Assembly (NCBI GenBank): GCA_039630575.1
Contig: JBCNUW010000006.1
Location: 1-64,000 of the forward strand
Length of the DNA stretch: 64,000 nucleotides
Direction: 5' to 3'
From: Candidatus Hydrothermales bacterium
GTDB taxonomy: Bacteria > Hydrothermota > Hydrothermia > Hydrothermales > JAJRUZ01
Shown: positions 49,312-58,599 of the stretch, one piece after another
How the letters are laid out: each line of letters begins with the position of its first letter
Numbering within the stretch: the stretch's first letter is position 1
Notes under the pieces: model-generated
What the model was told of the DNA's origin: nothing
Databases searched by the model: none
The model's input: only the letters and a program-made list of their open reading frames with translations
Made by a program: the position numbers and the translations under genes

Positions 49312-50732
49312 TTAAGTTCAATTATAGCCTCAGTTCCCACACCTTTTTGACTTTTTAAATTAAGTTTAAAGCCGTGTAATTCACATATCCTTTCTGCAAG
49401 AGGTAAACCCATTCCTAAACCACCTGGTTTTGTTGTATAAAAGGGATATTTTACTTTTTCAAGATCTTCCTCAGTTATTCCTTCTCCGCTATCTTCTATA
49501 ATAATTTTATTTTTTATTAATTTAATTTTAACTTTATCCAAGTCATTTTTAACAGCCTCAATAGCGTTTCTTAAAAGGTTCTTTATAGCAATCTGAATTA
49601 AATGAGGTTCTGCTTCAATAAAATCCTTTTCATTTTGAAATTCCAAATTTTTTATTCCAAACTCAAAAGCTATGCTCTTTATTAAACCCTTTAAATAAAG
49701 TTTTTCACGCTTAATCTCCTTTATTTTTGCATATTCATAGAAAGTTTTAACTATTAGATCAATTCTTTCAGATTCTTTTTTTATTAACTCAACTAATTTT
49801 TTCTTTTTTTCCTCATCATTAATCCTTGAGAGTGTTGTTATTGCTCCTTGGATAACTGTAAGGGGATTTCTAATCTCATGGGCAAGACCATGAGAAAGCT
49901 CAGTTAAAAATTTTTCTTTTTCCTTGTGTTTTAAGATTTGTTCAATCTCTTTTTCTTTTGTAATATCTCTTAAAACATATATTTCATACTTTTCATCAAA
50001 GAGTTCAAAGGAGGAATGATTTAAAGAAAATAACTTACCATCAAACGAAATCTCTTTTTGATTTTTCTCACCGAGAATACTGTCAGAGATCTCAGAATTT
50101 TTAAATATAGTGTCGCCCCTTTTATTTTTAACTAAAACAATCTCACCAAGGTTATTAAGTATCTCCCTTGCTAAAATATCTGCTTTTTCAGCTTCTCTTT
50201 CCCCTTTTCTTGCTCTTTCAGATAAAAAGTAAGTTATAAGTGAAGATAGAAGAAAAGAGAGTGTATAAATATAGCCCCTTAATAGTATTTGATGAGTTTG
50301 AAATTCAATTTTAAGTGGAACTTTAAGTATACCCTTTGTCCATAAAAAGAGAAAGAGGTTATAGATAAGTAGTAAAATAATTAAAAAATAAAAAATTTTT
50401 TCTCTCTCAAGATAAAATGAAGAAGTTATTATGACAAGGAAAAATAAAATAGAAAAAACACTTTCAGGACCACCAGAAAAGTGCATAATTGAAATTATTA
50501 AAAATGTATCAGCAATAAGATATACAAAAGGTGTTTTTTTCCCCTTTCTTAAAGAAAAGTAGAAAAGAAAGGATAAAATTACTGAAGAAATAAATATCCA
50601 TAAAAAGGGTAAAAGTTCAACTTCGAAAATTTCTTGAAGAAAAAGATAACTTATAGATAAGGAAAAAAAAACTATAAAAGGTCTTAAAAGTAGAGTTATC
50701 CTTAATAAATATTCGTATTTTTTTGTTATCAA
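49308..50732 (-). CDS. Sensor histidine kinase, PilS-like
   Basis: Six TM helices with SGGPESVF, AHEIRNPL, NLLRNA, GLGMGL. Confidence 0.88.
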   Translation of the reverse strand: MITKKYEYLLRITLLLRPFIVFFSLSISYLFLQEIFEVELLPFLWIFISSVILSFLFYFSLRKGKKTPFVYLIADTFLIISIMHFSGGPESVFSILFFLVIITSSFYLEREKIFYFLIILLLIYNLFLFLWTKGILKVPLKIEFQTHQILLRGYIYTLSFLLSSLITYFLSERARKGEREAEKADILAREILNNLGEIVLVKNKRGDTIFKNSEISDSILGEKNQKEISFDGKLFSLNHSSFELFDEKYEIYVLRDITKEKEIEQILKHKEKEKFLTELSHGLAHEIRNPLTVIQGAITTLSRINDEEKKKKLVELIKKESERIDLIVKTFYEYAKIKEIKREKLYLKGLIKSIAFEFGIKNLEFQNEKDFIEAEPHLIQIAIKNLLRNAIEAVKNDLDKVKIKLIKNKIIIEDSGEGITEEDLEKVKYPFYTTKPGGLGMGLPLAERICELHGFKLNLKSQKGVGTEAIIELN

Positions 50733-50744
50733 TATTTTTCTTCT

Positions 50745-51971
50745 TTAATGGGAGAGACTTTGCATTAAGGTTGGTATTAGTCTGAATATTGGAAGGTACA
50801 TCGAGACAACCATAGTTCCCACAACTCCACCAAGTACAACCATTATAATTGGTTCAAGGGCAGATGTGAGAGCTTCTACCGCAGCGTCAACCTCTTTGTC
50901 ATAAAATTCTGATACTTTAAGGAGCATTTCATCTAAGTTTCCTGATTGCTCACCTATGTGAACCATCTGGACAACAAGAGGTGGAAAAACTCCTGATTTT
51001 TGTAAGGGTGAGGAAATTGTGGATCCTTCCTTTATTGAATTTCTTGCTCTTTCTATAGCATGTTGAACAACTCTATTACCTGTTGTTTTTGAGGTTATAT
51101 CCATAGAATCTATAAGTGGAACACCGCTTCTTAGTAGGGTTGAAAGAGTTCGCGAAAATCTCGATAGAGCTTGTTTATGAATTAGATTCCCTATAATTGG
51201 GAATTTCAACAATATTCTGTCAATAACTTCTCTTCCTGGGTCAGTTCCATACCAAATTCTAATTCCTACTATGATTCCAACAAAGAAAAGTATTATAAAT
51301 AGGATATATTTTTGAGTAAAAGTTGATAGTCCTATCACCATTTTTGTTAAAAGGGGAAGTTCAGCGCCAAAACCTTCGTATAAACCTTTGAAAGTTGGTA
51401 TGACAAAGATAAGTAAGGCTGCGGTTGCTGCAATAGCTACAAAAATAACTATTACAGGATAAATCATTGCACCCTTTATTTTTCTTTGAAGGTCAGCAGT
51501 TTTTTCAAGGTATTCAGCAAGTCTAATGAGAATTTCACCAAGAGCACCTCCCTTTTCACCAGCTTCTACCATATTCACATATAAATCAGGGAAAATTTTT
51601 TTGTGTTTTCTCATTGCGTCTGCTAAAGTATAGCCTCCCTCTAAGTCTTCGGATATTTTTCCTATTGTTTTTTTAAGAGCTTTATTAGTTGTTTGAATAT
51701 ATAAGGTATTCAGTGTATCCATTAGAGGCAATCCTGCTTCAAGCATTGTTGCAAATTGTTTCGTAAACATTGCCATTTCATCTATCTTTACTTTTGTAGG
51801 AATTAAATCCTCAAGTGAAGGTACTTTCTTTTTTTCCTTAATTGTTACAGAAATTGGTATTATATTTTTTTTTCTTAAAGTTGAAATGACCTCCTGTTGG
51901 GAATCTGCGGTCATCTCTCCTTCTACTTTTTTACCTTCAGGTGTTCTCCCTTTCCAAATAAAAGTAGCCAT
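50745..51971 (-). CDS. pilC: Type IV pilus platform protein PilC
   Basis: QFATMLEAGLPL, AGEKGGAL, AMIYP, GEQSGNL, LEPII, MYLPIF. Confidence 0.93.
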   Translation of the reverse strand: MATFIWKGRTPEGKKVEGEMTADSQQEVISTLRKKNIIPISVTIKEKKKVPSLEDLIPTKVKIDEMAMFTKQFATMLEAGLPLMDTLNTLYIQTTNKALKKTIGKISEDLEGGYTLADAMRKHKKIFPDLYVNMVEAGEKGGALGEILIRLAEYLEKTADLQRKIKGAMIYPVIVIFVAIAATAALLIFVIPTFKGLYEGFGAELPLLTKMVIGLSTFTQKYILFIILFFVGIIVGIRIWYGTDPGREVIDRILLKFPIIGNLIHKQALSRFSRTLSTLLRSGVPLIDSMDITSKTTGNRVVQHAIERARNSIKEGSTISSPLQKSGVFPPLVVQMVHIGEQSGNLDEMLLKVSEFYDKEVDAAVEALTSALEPIIMVVLGGVVGTMVVSMYLPIFRLIPTLMQSLSH

Positions 51972-52015
51972 CTTATTTACTATTTTCTATATTTGGGAGT
52001 GGAACCCTTTTAAAT

Positions 52016-52044
52016 ATTATAAATTTAATGAGAAATTTTTTCAA
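52016..52044 (-). promoter_or_regulatory. Sigma70 promoter for pilC-pilS-pilR-polX
   Basis: Minus strand reads TTGAAA-17-TATAAT. Confidence 0.7.
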
Positions 52045-52068
52045 TTAAAAGTTTTTAAAAAAGTTTTG

Positions 52069-52097
52069 TTGAAATTTATTTATAAAAATTTTATAAT
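52069..52097 (+). promoter_or_regulatory. Sigma70 promoter for tRNA-Arg-cas6
   Basis: TTGAAA-17-TATAAT, back-to-back with the pilC promoter. Confidence 0.7.
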
Positions 52098-52112
52098 TTT
52101 ATTAGGTAAAAT

Positions 52113-52186
52113 GCCCCCGTAGCTCAAGTGGATAGAGCATCGGATTTCTAATCCGGTGGTTGCGGGTTCAAGTCCTGCCGGGGGCG
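52113..52186 (+). tRNA. tRNA-Arg(TCT), CCA not encoded
   Basis: GCCCCCG/CGGGGGC acceptor stem, TCGGA-TTTCTAA-TCCGG anticodon arm, GTTCAAGTC T-loop. Confidence 0.97.
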
Positions 52187-52198
52187 GAATATAAAATA

Positions 52199-52933
52199 TT
52201 GAGGTTAAAAATCACTCTTGGAGAAGAAAAAGAATATAAGATGCCTTGGTCTTATAACTATTTTCTTGCTTCTTCAATTTATTTTTTGTTAAGTAAGTAT
52301 AGTAAGCGATTTTCTCAAACAGTTCATTCATACGGTTGGAGATATAAAAATAAAAATTTAAAACTCTTTTCTTTTTCACCTTTATTTCCTAAAAAAATTT
52401 TTTTCGAAAAGGAATACATAATTATGATAGGTCCTTTTGTTTTCATTATATCCTCGCCTGACTCAGTATTTATTGAAATTCTCGAAAATGTAATAAAAAA
52501 GGAAAAATTTTTAAGAATTTTAAATTACTTTTTACCTGTTTTAAAAACAAATATTTATGAAATTGAAAAGTTAAGTAACACTTTTAGAGTTAGAACATTG
52601 TCTCCACTTGTAGTTTCTGAGATTAGGAATGAAGAAGGCAAAAAAGTTACATCCTATTTATCCCCTGATTCTGAAAATTTTTACAAAAAATTGAAAAATA
52701 TAATAAAAGAGAAATTTGAGTGTTTTACCGGTGAAGTTCTTTTAAGTAAAGATTTAGAAATATTTTGTGAATCCTATAAATCAAAACTTTGTAGGATAAA
52801 AAATATAAATATTAAAGGTTATATGGCAGATTTGTATTTAAAAGGAGATGTTCAAGTTTTAAGATTTGTTCTTGAATCAGGAATAGGAGAAAAAACTTCT
52901 ATGGGGTTTGGTATGGTGGAAAAATGTAATTGA
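52199..52933 (+). CDS. cas6: CRISPR-associated endoribonuclease Cas6 (orphan in this window)
   Basis: TTG start gives MRLKITL; YNYFLASSIY...VHSYG...KLFSFS, ISSPD, TLSP; C-terminal G-loop GIGEKTSMGFG. Confidence 0.92.
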   Translation: MRLKITLGEEKEYKMPWSYNYFLASSIYFLLSKYSKRFSQTVHSYGWRYKNKNLKLFSFSPLFPKKIFFEKEYIIMIGPFVFIISSPDSVFIEILENVIKKEKFLRILNYFLPVLKTNIYEIEKLSNTFRVRTLSPLVVSEIRNEEGKKVTSYLSPDSENFYKKLKNIIKEKFECFTGEVLLSKDLEIFCESYKSKLCRIKNINIKGYMADLYLKGDVQVLRFVLESGIGEKTSMGFGMVEKCN

Positions 52934-52952
52934 TTAGTTTTATAATTCTTTA

Positions 52953-53405
52953 ATGGAAAAAAAGAAAATAATAGCATTTAGATTATCTCAAAAAGAATTC
53001 TCTTTTATAATGGAAAATGTTCTTGAAATTTCAGAACCTAAACCAGTTTTCCCTGTTCCCCTCTCTCCTCCTCACCTAAAAGGTGTTTTTAATTTAAGAG
53101 GAAACATAATTCCACTTTTTGATTTAAAAAAAAGAATAGGTATTGAAGAAAGTGAGGAGTATAAAGAGAAATTTTTTATAATTCTTTCACCTGAGCCTAA
53201 AAGGGTATATTCCTGTGAAGTTGATATGATTCTTGGAGCCTTTGATTGTGAAGAAATTAGAATTGGAGAATTACCTGATACTTTAAAAAGGGATATAGAT
53301 AGGTCACTTTTGTCTGGTCAGGCAATAATAGAGAAGAAAAAGTTCTTAATAATAGATCCCAGGAAAATCCCAGGTGAGGTTCAAATCCAATTTAAATTGC
53401 TATAG
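52953..53405 (+). CDS. cheW: Chemotaxis adaptor CheW
   Basis: PVPLSPPHLKGVFNLRGNIIPLFDL. Confidence 0.93.
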   Translation: MEKKKIIAFRLSQKEFSFIMENVLEISEPKPVFPVPLSPPHLKGVFNLRGNIIPLFDLKKRIGIEESEEYKEKFFIILSPEPKRVYSCEVDMILGAFDCEEIRIGELPDTLKRDIDRSLLSGQAIIEKKKFLIIDPRKIPGEVQIQFKLL

Positions 53406-53409
53406 TTAA

Positions 53410-53778
53410 ATGAATCCAAGAGTTTTGATAGTTGATGATGCTCAATTCATGAGAAAACTTCTTGCAGATATTTTAAAAAAAGGCGGCTATGAAATATGTG
53501 GTGAGGCATCAAACGGAGAAGAAGCTGTGAGGCTTTATAAAGAATTAAAACCTGATGTTGTTACAATGGATATTGTTATGCCTGACAAAAGTGGAATAGA
53601 TGCAGTAAGAGAGATAATCTCCCTTGATCCACATGCTAAGATAATTATGGTTTCAGCAATGGGACAGCAACCACTTGTTTTAGAAGCAATACAGGCTGGA
53701 GCAAAAGATTACATTGTAAAGCCCTTTCAACCTTCAAGGGTTCTAGAAGCAGTAGAAAGAGTTATAAAGTCAAGATGA
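53410..53778 (+). CDS. cheY: Single-domain response regulator CheY
   Basis: VDDAQFMR, TMDIVMP, SAMGQQ, KPF. Confidence 0.95.
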   Translation: MNPRVLIVDDAQFMRKLLADILKKGGYEICGEASNGEEAVRLYKELKPDVVTMDIVMPDKSGIDAVREIISLDPHAKIIMVSAMGQQPLVLEAIQAGAKDYIVKPFQPSRVLEAVERVIKSR

Positions 53779-55565
53779 TTGATAATAAGTATATCGAACT
53801 TTTTAAAAGTGAAGCTGAGGAAATTATAAACAATTTAGAGAAAGCCATACTTGAACTTGAGAAAAAAGGTTGGACACAGGGACTAATCAATGAGATTTTT
53901 AGATATGCCCATACCCTAAAAGGTATGGCAGCAGCTGTTGAGAGAAAAGATATAGAGGAGTTCTGTCATAACCTTGAAGATGAGTTTGATGAGTTAAGAA
54001 AAGGTGAAAAGAAAGATTTAGATTTTGACTTTCTTTTTAAAGCAGTAGATTCCTTAAAGGTAATGTTAAAAGAAGAAAAAAGAATAACTATTGAAGAACT
54101 AAAATCCTTCAAAGAGATTGAAAGTTTTAAAAAAATCTACGAAATAGAAATATACCTTGATCCAGAAACACAATTTTTTGCTGCCAGAATGTTAGTTATT
54201 CTTAAAACTATTAAAGAGAAATTTGATCTCATCTCCTCAGAGCCGCGAGAAGAGGACATATTAAAGGGAGAAGTTGAGAACGTTCTAAAAGTAGTTATTA
54301 AAACAGATAAGGATGAAAAAAAGATAAATGAGATTCTTGAGAGTTTTGTAGACATTGAACATTACTTTTTAAGAGAAAGAAAAGAATTTGAAAGAGAAGA
54401 AAAGGAAATTGAAATTAAGCCCCTTGAAGAGATAAGGGTTAGGTCTGAAAAACTTGATAGGTTAATAGATACACTTGGAGAGTTAGTTATTGAAAAGGAG
54501 AGGCTTTTTTCTAAATTAAAGGAAAGAAAAGAAAGAGAGCTTGAGGATTCCATGGAAAACCTTGAGAGACTTATTTCCTATCTTCAGGACGAGGTAATGT
54601 CAATTCGTCTAATTCCTGCAATACAAATTCTTGAGAGATTTAAAAGATTTGTTAGGGATAAAGCAAAGGAGATGGGGAAGGAAGTAGAACTTGTTATTGA
54701 AGGCGGAAATATTGAGCTAGATAGGGTTTTACTGGAGGAGATGAGAGAACCTCTTTTACACATAATAAGAAACTCAATTGATCATGGTGTAGAGTTTCCT
54801 AAGGAGAGAATCAGTCAGGGAAAGCCATCTAAAGGCAAAATATTAATAAGACTTGAGAGAGAAAAAAATTCTGTTACAATTTTTGTTATGGATGATGGAA
54901 AAGGTATAGATAAAAGAAGCGTTTTGAAGAAGGCAGTTGAAAGAGGATTGATTTCTGAAGAAAGGGCTAAAGCTTTAACAGAGAAGGAAATTTTTGAACT
55001 TATAACTATCCCTGGATTTTCAACAAAGGAGGATACTACAACAATCTCAGGAAGGGGGGTTGGACTTGATATTGTTAAACAGTTTGTAACCAAAATGGGT
55101 GGTTTTTTTGAGATAGATAGTAAGTTTACAAAAGGAACCACAATAAAGCTTAGGTTGCCTCTTTCTCTGGCTATTACAAAGGGTGTTGTTGTTAGCGTGG
55201 CTGGACACAGATTTGTTATTCCATTAATTTTTATCCATGAAATTATAGAGGGTAAAATTGATGATATAAAAAAGATGATGGGGAAAGATTATATGTTGGT
55301 AAGAGAGGAGGTTCTTCCCTGTATATGGATGAGTAAAAAGCTAAATTTAGATAGTAAAAAAAATGAGAGGTTTTCTGCTCTTTTGATAGAAAGTGATAGA
55401 AAGAGAGCTCTTCTTTTGGTTGATAAGGTTTTGACTCAGATGGATGTTGTGGTTAAGCCTCTTGATATATACTTAATGAGAATTCCCTATGTTTCGGGAG
55501 GCACAATCCTTTGGGATGGAACAGTGGCAATTATAATTGATCCCTCAAAATTTTTGGAGAGTTAA
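53775..55565 (+). CDS. cheA: Histidine kinase CheA
   Basis: Hpt FRYAHTLKG, P2, RNSIDHG, DDGKG, SGRGVGLD, P5. Confidence 0.96.
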   Translation: MIDNKYIELFKSEAEEIINNLEKAILELEKKGWTQGLINEIFRYAHTLKGMAAAVERKDIEEFCHNLEDEFDELRKGEKKDLDFDFLFKAVDSLKVMLKEEKRITIEELKSFKEIESFKKIYEIEIYLDPETQFFAARMLVILKTIKEKFDLISSEPREEDILKGEVENVLKVVIKTDKDEKKINEILESFVDIEHYFLRERKEFEREEKEIEIKPLEEIRVRSEKLDRLIDTLGELVIEKERLFSKLKERKERELEDSMENLERLISYLQDEVMSIRLIPAIQILERFKRFVRDKAKEMGKEVELVIEGGNIELDRVLLEEMREPLLHIIRNSIDHGVEFPKERISQGKPSKGKILIRLEREKNSVTIFVMDDGKGIDKRSVLKKAVERGLISEERAKALTEKEIFELITIPGFSTKEDTTTISGRGVGLDIVKQFVTKMGGFFEIDSKFTKGTTIKLRLPLSLAITKGVVVSVAGHRFVIPLIFIHEIIEGKIDDIKKMMGKDYMLVREEVLPCIWMSKKLNLDSKKNERFSALLIESDRKRALLLVDKVLTQMDVVVKPLDIYLMRIPYVSGGTILWDGTVAIIIDPSKFLES

Positions 55566-55566
55566 A

Positions 55567-56175
55567 ATGGAAAAAGATGAAATTTTTGGAATAGATGGAT
55601 TAAGAGAAGTTGCAAATATAGGTTGTGGACATGCAGCCACAGCCCTTTCAGGACTCATAAATAGAAAGGTACTTATGACTGTTCCTGAGGTGTTAATTGG
55701 TAAAATTGAGGACATTTTCAAGAAGGTAGTAGATAGGGAGGATGAAGATGCAGTGGGTATCCTTTTATACTTCATTGGTGATCTCACTGGTCTTACCTTG
55801 CTACTGCTCTCTAAAAATGAAGCTCTCACATTACTTTCTATTTTAATCGGTGAAAAAATTACAGAAATAAAAGAACATGAAGAGTCTGCTTTAAAAGAGG
55901 TAGGTAATATAATAACAGGTGCTTATATGACTGCACTTTCAGATTTCTTAGGACTTTTGGCTTTACCAACAGTTCCATTTTTAAAGAACGATAATGTAAA
56001 AGTGATAATTTTAGATGCCTTTCTCCAAATAGAGGCTGAGAAGGGTTTTGCACTTTGTATTAAATCTGTTTTAAAAATTGAAAATGGAATAGAGGTGAAG
56101 GCGACCTTTTTCTTTTTACCTGATGAGCATGCAATTGGTACGATTCAAGAAAAATTAAAATCTTTTTTTGAATGA
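55567..56175 (+). CDS. cheC: CheY-P phosphatase CheC
   Basis: Two D/S-x3-E-x2-N motifs (DGLREVAN, SALKEVGN). Start placed at ATG 55567 after SD GGAG. Confidence 0.92.
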   Translation: MEKDEIFGIDGLREVANIGCGHAATALSGLINRKVLMTVPEVLIGKIEDIFKKVVDREDEDAVGILLYFIGDLTGLTLLLLSKNEALTLLSILIGEKITEIKEHEESALKEVGNIITGAYMTALSDFLGLLALPTVPFLKNDNVKVIILDAFLQIEAEKGFALCIKSVLKIENGIEVKATFFFLPDEHAIGTIQEKLKSFFE

Positions 56176-58598
56176 GATTACCAACTCAAGAGGAAATTAA
56201 AATCTTAAAATCCTTTGCCAGCAGAATTGATCCAAATGATCCAGCTGCTCACAACAATTTGGCTGTTGTATATTTTAATAGAGGTTTATTTGATGAGGCA
56301 ATCAGTGAGCTTAAAAGAGCACTTGATATTGATCCAGATTTTAATATTGCAAGGATTAACCTTGAGATAATTTTAAAAAAGACTAAAAAGAAAGAAGATT
56401 TACTTGAAAGATATTACAGAATTGTTGAAAAAAATCCAGATGATATTAATTCGAGGTTGGAATTTGCAAAAACTTTATATCAACTTGGTAAATATAATAG
56501 TTCACTAAGAGAATACAGGGAGGTGCTTCTAAGAGACTCTGTAAACAAGGAAGCTCTAAAGGGAATAATAAAGAGTTATAAAAAAATGGGGAAATTTCAA
56601 GAAGCAATAGCTGCAATTAGGAGAGCTCAAAAAATTTTACCTGATGATATTGAAATTAGTTTAGATCTCGGAGAGGTCTTATATAATCAGGGTAACTATG
56701 ATGCAGCTATAAAGGTTCTTAAGGAGATAATTTCAAAGTATCCGCAAAATGCAAAGGCTCACTTATTTTTATCCTTTGCCTACGGTGAAAAAGGGTATTT
56801 GGAGGAGGCACTAGAAGAAGCAATAAAGGCTAAAGAACTTGATCCAAGAATTTCAAAAATTCAGGGGGCTCTTGGAATTGAAGAAGAGGCACCCTCTATT
56901 GAAGAAATGCTTCAGGAATCTATAGGTATTTCAGAAATAAAAGCAGATCCCTTTGAATCAAAGTTACATCTTCTTGAAGCATATAAGAATAAGTTCTTTC
57001 TTAGGGAGGCAAGAAACATTCTTGAGGAGCTTAAAAAGATAGATGAAAGTAGGCCAGAGTTAAAGAAGATTGAAGCTGAAATATTAATGATGGAGGAAAA
57101 ATGGGACAGTGCCATAAGTCTAATAGAAACAATTAAAGAAAGAGATTTTCACACCTGGAATATGTATGCTATTTCACTTTCAAGGAAGGGAGAAACGGAA
57201 AAGGCTCGCAAAATTTTTGAAGGTATAAAGAATTATCCCTATGCTTTAAACAATTTAGGATGTCTTATGGCAAATGATGACAGAGAAAAAGCTAAGGAAT
57301 ACTTTTTAAAAGCCTCTCAGATTGAACCAGGATTTATAGTACCCCTTTACAACCTTTCGCTTATTGCAATTGAAGAAAATGATTTAGAGAGGGCATTAAA
57401 TTACTTGAAAGAAATAAATGAAATAGAAAAGGAAAATCCCTTTTATTTAACACTATATGCAAAAATTCTAAAAGAAAGAGGAAACACAGAAAAAGCTGTT
57501 GAGCTTTTAAAGGAAGCTTTAAGAATTCAACCTGATTTTTCTTACGCGGCTACACTACTTGCAGAGTTTTCTGGAGAAGAAACTGTAGTAAAGGTTGACG
57601 AGAAGAAATTCCATGTTTTTCAGTATCTATTTTCAATAGAGGGCTCTCCCAGACCTATTGAGTCAAGATTTTTTCCATACAAAAAGATCATTGAATTTGA
57701 AGGAGACAAAACTCTTGAGTTAAAGAAGGTGAGAATTTTAATTAAAAACAGAGATTTTGAGGAAGCCCTTAAAATTCTTATTCCTCTTAATAAAAAATAT
57801 CCAGATGATAATGAAATAAATTATTTGATTGCCTTAACCTATGAGAACTTATCACTTTATGAGAATGCTGAACAGTATTATTTAAGGCTCTTAAGAGAAA
57901 AGGAAGATGATAAAATTAGACTACATCTTGCCCATGTTTTTTTTAGAACAAAAAGGTATGAGAAAGCTGAAGAAGAGGTTGATAAAATTTTGTCAAAAAA
58001 TAAAGAATACGTTGATGTATTACTTTTAAAAGCAAAAATTAAAGATAGAAAGGGTGAGATAGAGGTAGCGTTAAATATTCTTAATGGAGTTTTAAAGAGA
58101 TTTAAACCTAACTTAAAGATAATCATGTGGTTTGCTGAACTACTCGAAAAGATGGGAAGATATGAAGAAGCAAGAAGGGAATATGAGAAAATTATTAAGG
58201 AGGATAGTAATAATAAAGAAGCCCTTTATTCTTATGCTTTCTGTTCTTTAAAATTAAAAAGAGAAGATGAATTTAAAGATGCTCTTTCGAAGTTAAAAGC
58301 TAAAGGATTTAACAAACATGCAAATCTTTTAGAAGCTATTGAGTTAACAGTAAAGGGTAAATATAAAGAGGCTATAGAACTTTTTAAAAGTTGTGAAAGA
58401 GATTTATTTCTAAAAGAAGAGCTTCATTTTTATCAAGGTGTATGTTACGCACTTATAGGAAAATATGCGAAAGCAATTGAGGCATGGTCAAAACTTATCA
58501 AACTCTCTGAAAATTCTCCCTTGGCAAAAAAGGCAAAGGAATATTCAAGCTTAGCTTTAAAATGGTTAAAAATGCTCGAAAGGGAGGTTAAACCTTAA
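56172..58598 (+). CDS. Large cytoplasmic TPR-repeat protein
   Basis: AHNNLAVVY...ALDIDP and many further TPR units; no signal peptide; ATGA overlap with cheC. Confidence 0.9.
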   Translation: MRLPTQEEIKILKSFASRIDPNDPAAHNNLAVVYFNRGLFDEAISELKRALDIDPDFNIARINLEIILKKTKKKEDLLERYYRIVEKNPDDINSRLEFAKTLYQLGKYNSSLREYREVLLRDSVNKEALKGIIKSYKKMGKFQEAIAAIRRAQKILPDDIEISLDLGEVLYNQGNYDAAIKVLKEIISKYPQNAKAHLFLSFAYGEKGYLEEALEEAIKAKELDPRISKIQGALGIEEEAPSIEEMLQESIGISEIKADPFESKLHLLEAYKNKFFLREARNILEELKKIDESRPELKKIEAEILMMEEKWDSAISLIETIKERDFHTWNMYAISLSRKGETEKARKIFEGIKNYPYALNNLGCLMANDDREKAKEYFLKASQIEPGFIVPLYNLSLIAIEENDLERALNYLKEINEIEKENPFYLTLYAKILKERGNTEKAVELLKEALRIQPDFSYAATLLAEFSGEETVVKVDEKKFHVFQYLFSIEGSPRPIESRFFPYKKIIEFEGDKTLELKKVRILIKNRDFEEALKILIPLNKKYPDDNEINYLIALTYENLSLYENAEQYYLRLLREKEDDKIRLHLAHVFFRTKRYEKAEEEVDKILSKNKEYVDVLLLKAKIKDRKGEIEVALNILNGVLKRFKPNLKIIMWFAELLEKMGRYEEARREYEKIIKEDSNNKEALYSYAFCSLKLKREDEFKDALSKLKAKGFNKHANLLEAIELTVKGKYKEAIELFKSCERDLFLKEELHFYQGVCYALIGKYAKAIEAWSKLIKLSENSPLAKKAKEYSSLALKWLKMLEREVKP

Positions 58599-58599
58599 G

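Noticed and set aside
48031..52112. Sigma54 promoter for the PilR-like regulator
   Set aside because: No TGGCAC-N5-TTGC match found by eye in intergenic DNA; the TGGCAC hits are in coding regions and lack the -12 element.
51886..52122. 78-aa plus-strand ORF across the pilC/tRNA promoter region
   Set aside because: Overlaps pilC antisense, two promoters and the tRNA start; low-complexity translation.
52160..52198. ORF-track start of cas6 inside tRNA-Arg
   Set aside because: TTG at 52199 gives the typical MRLKI N-terminus without overlapping the tRNA.
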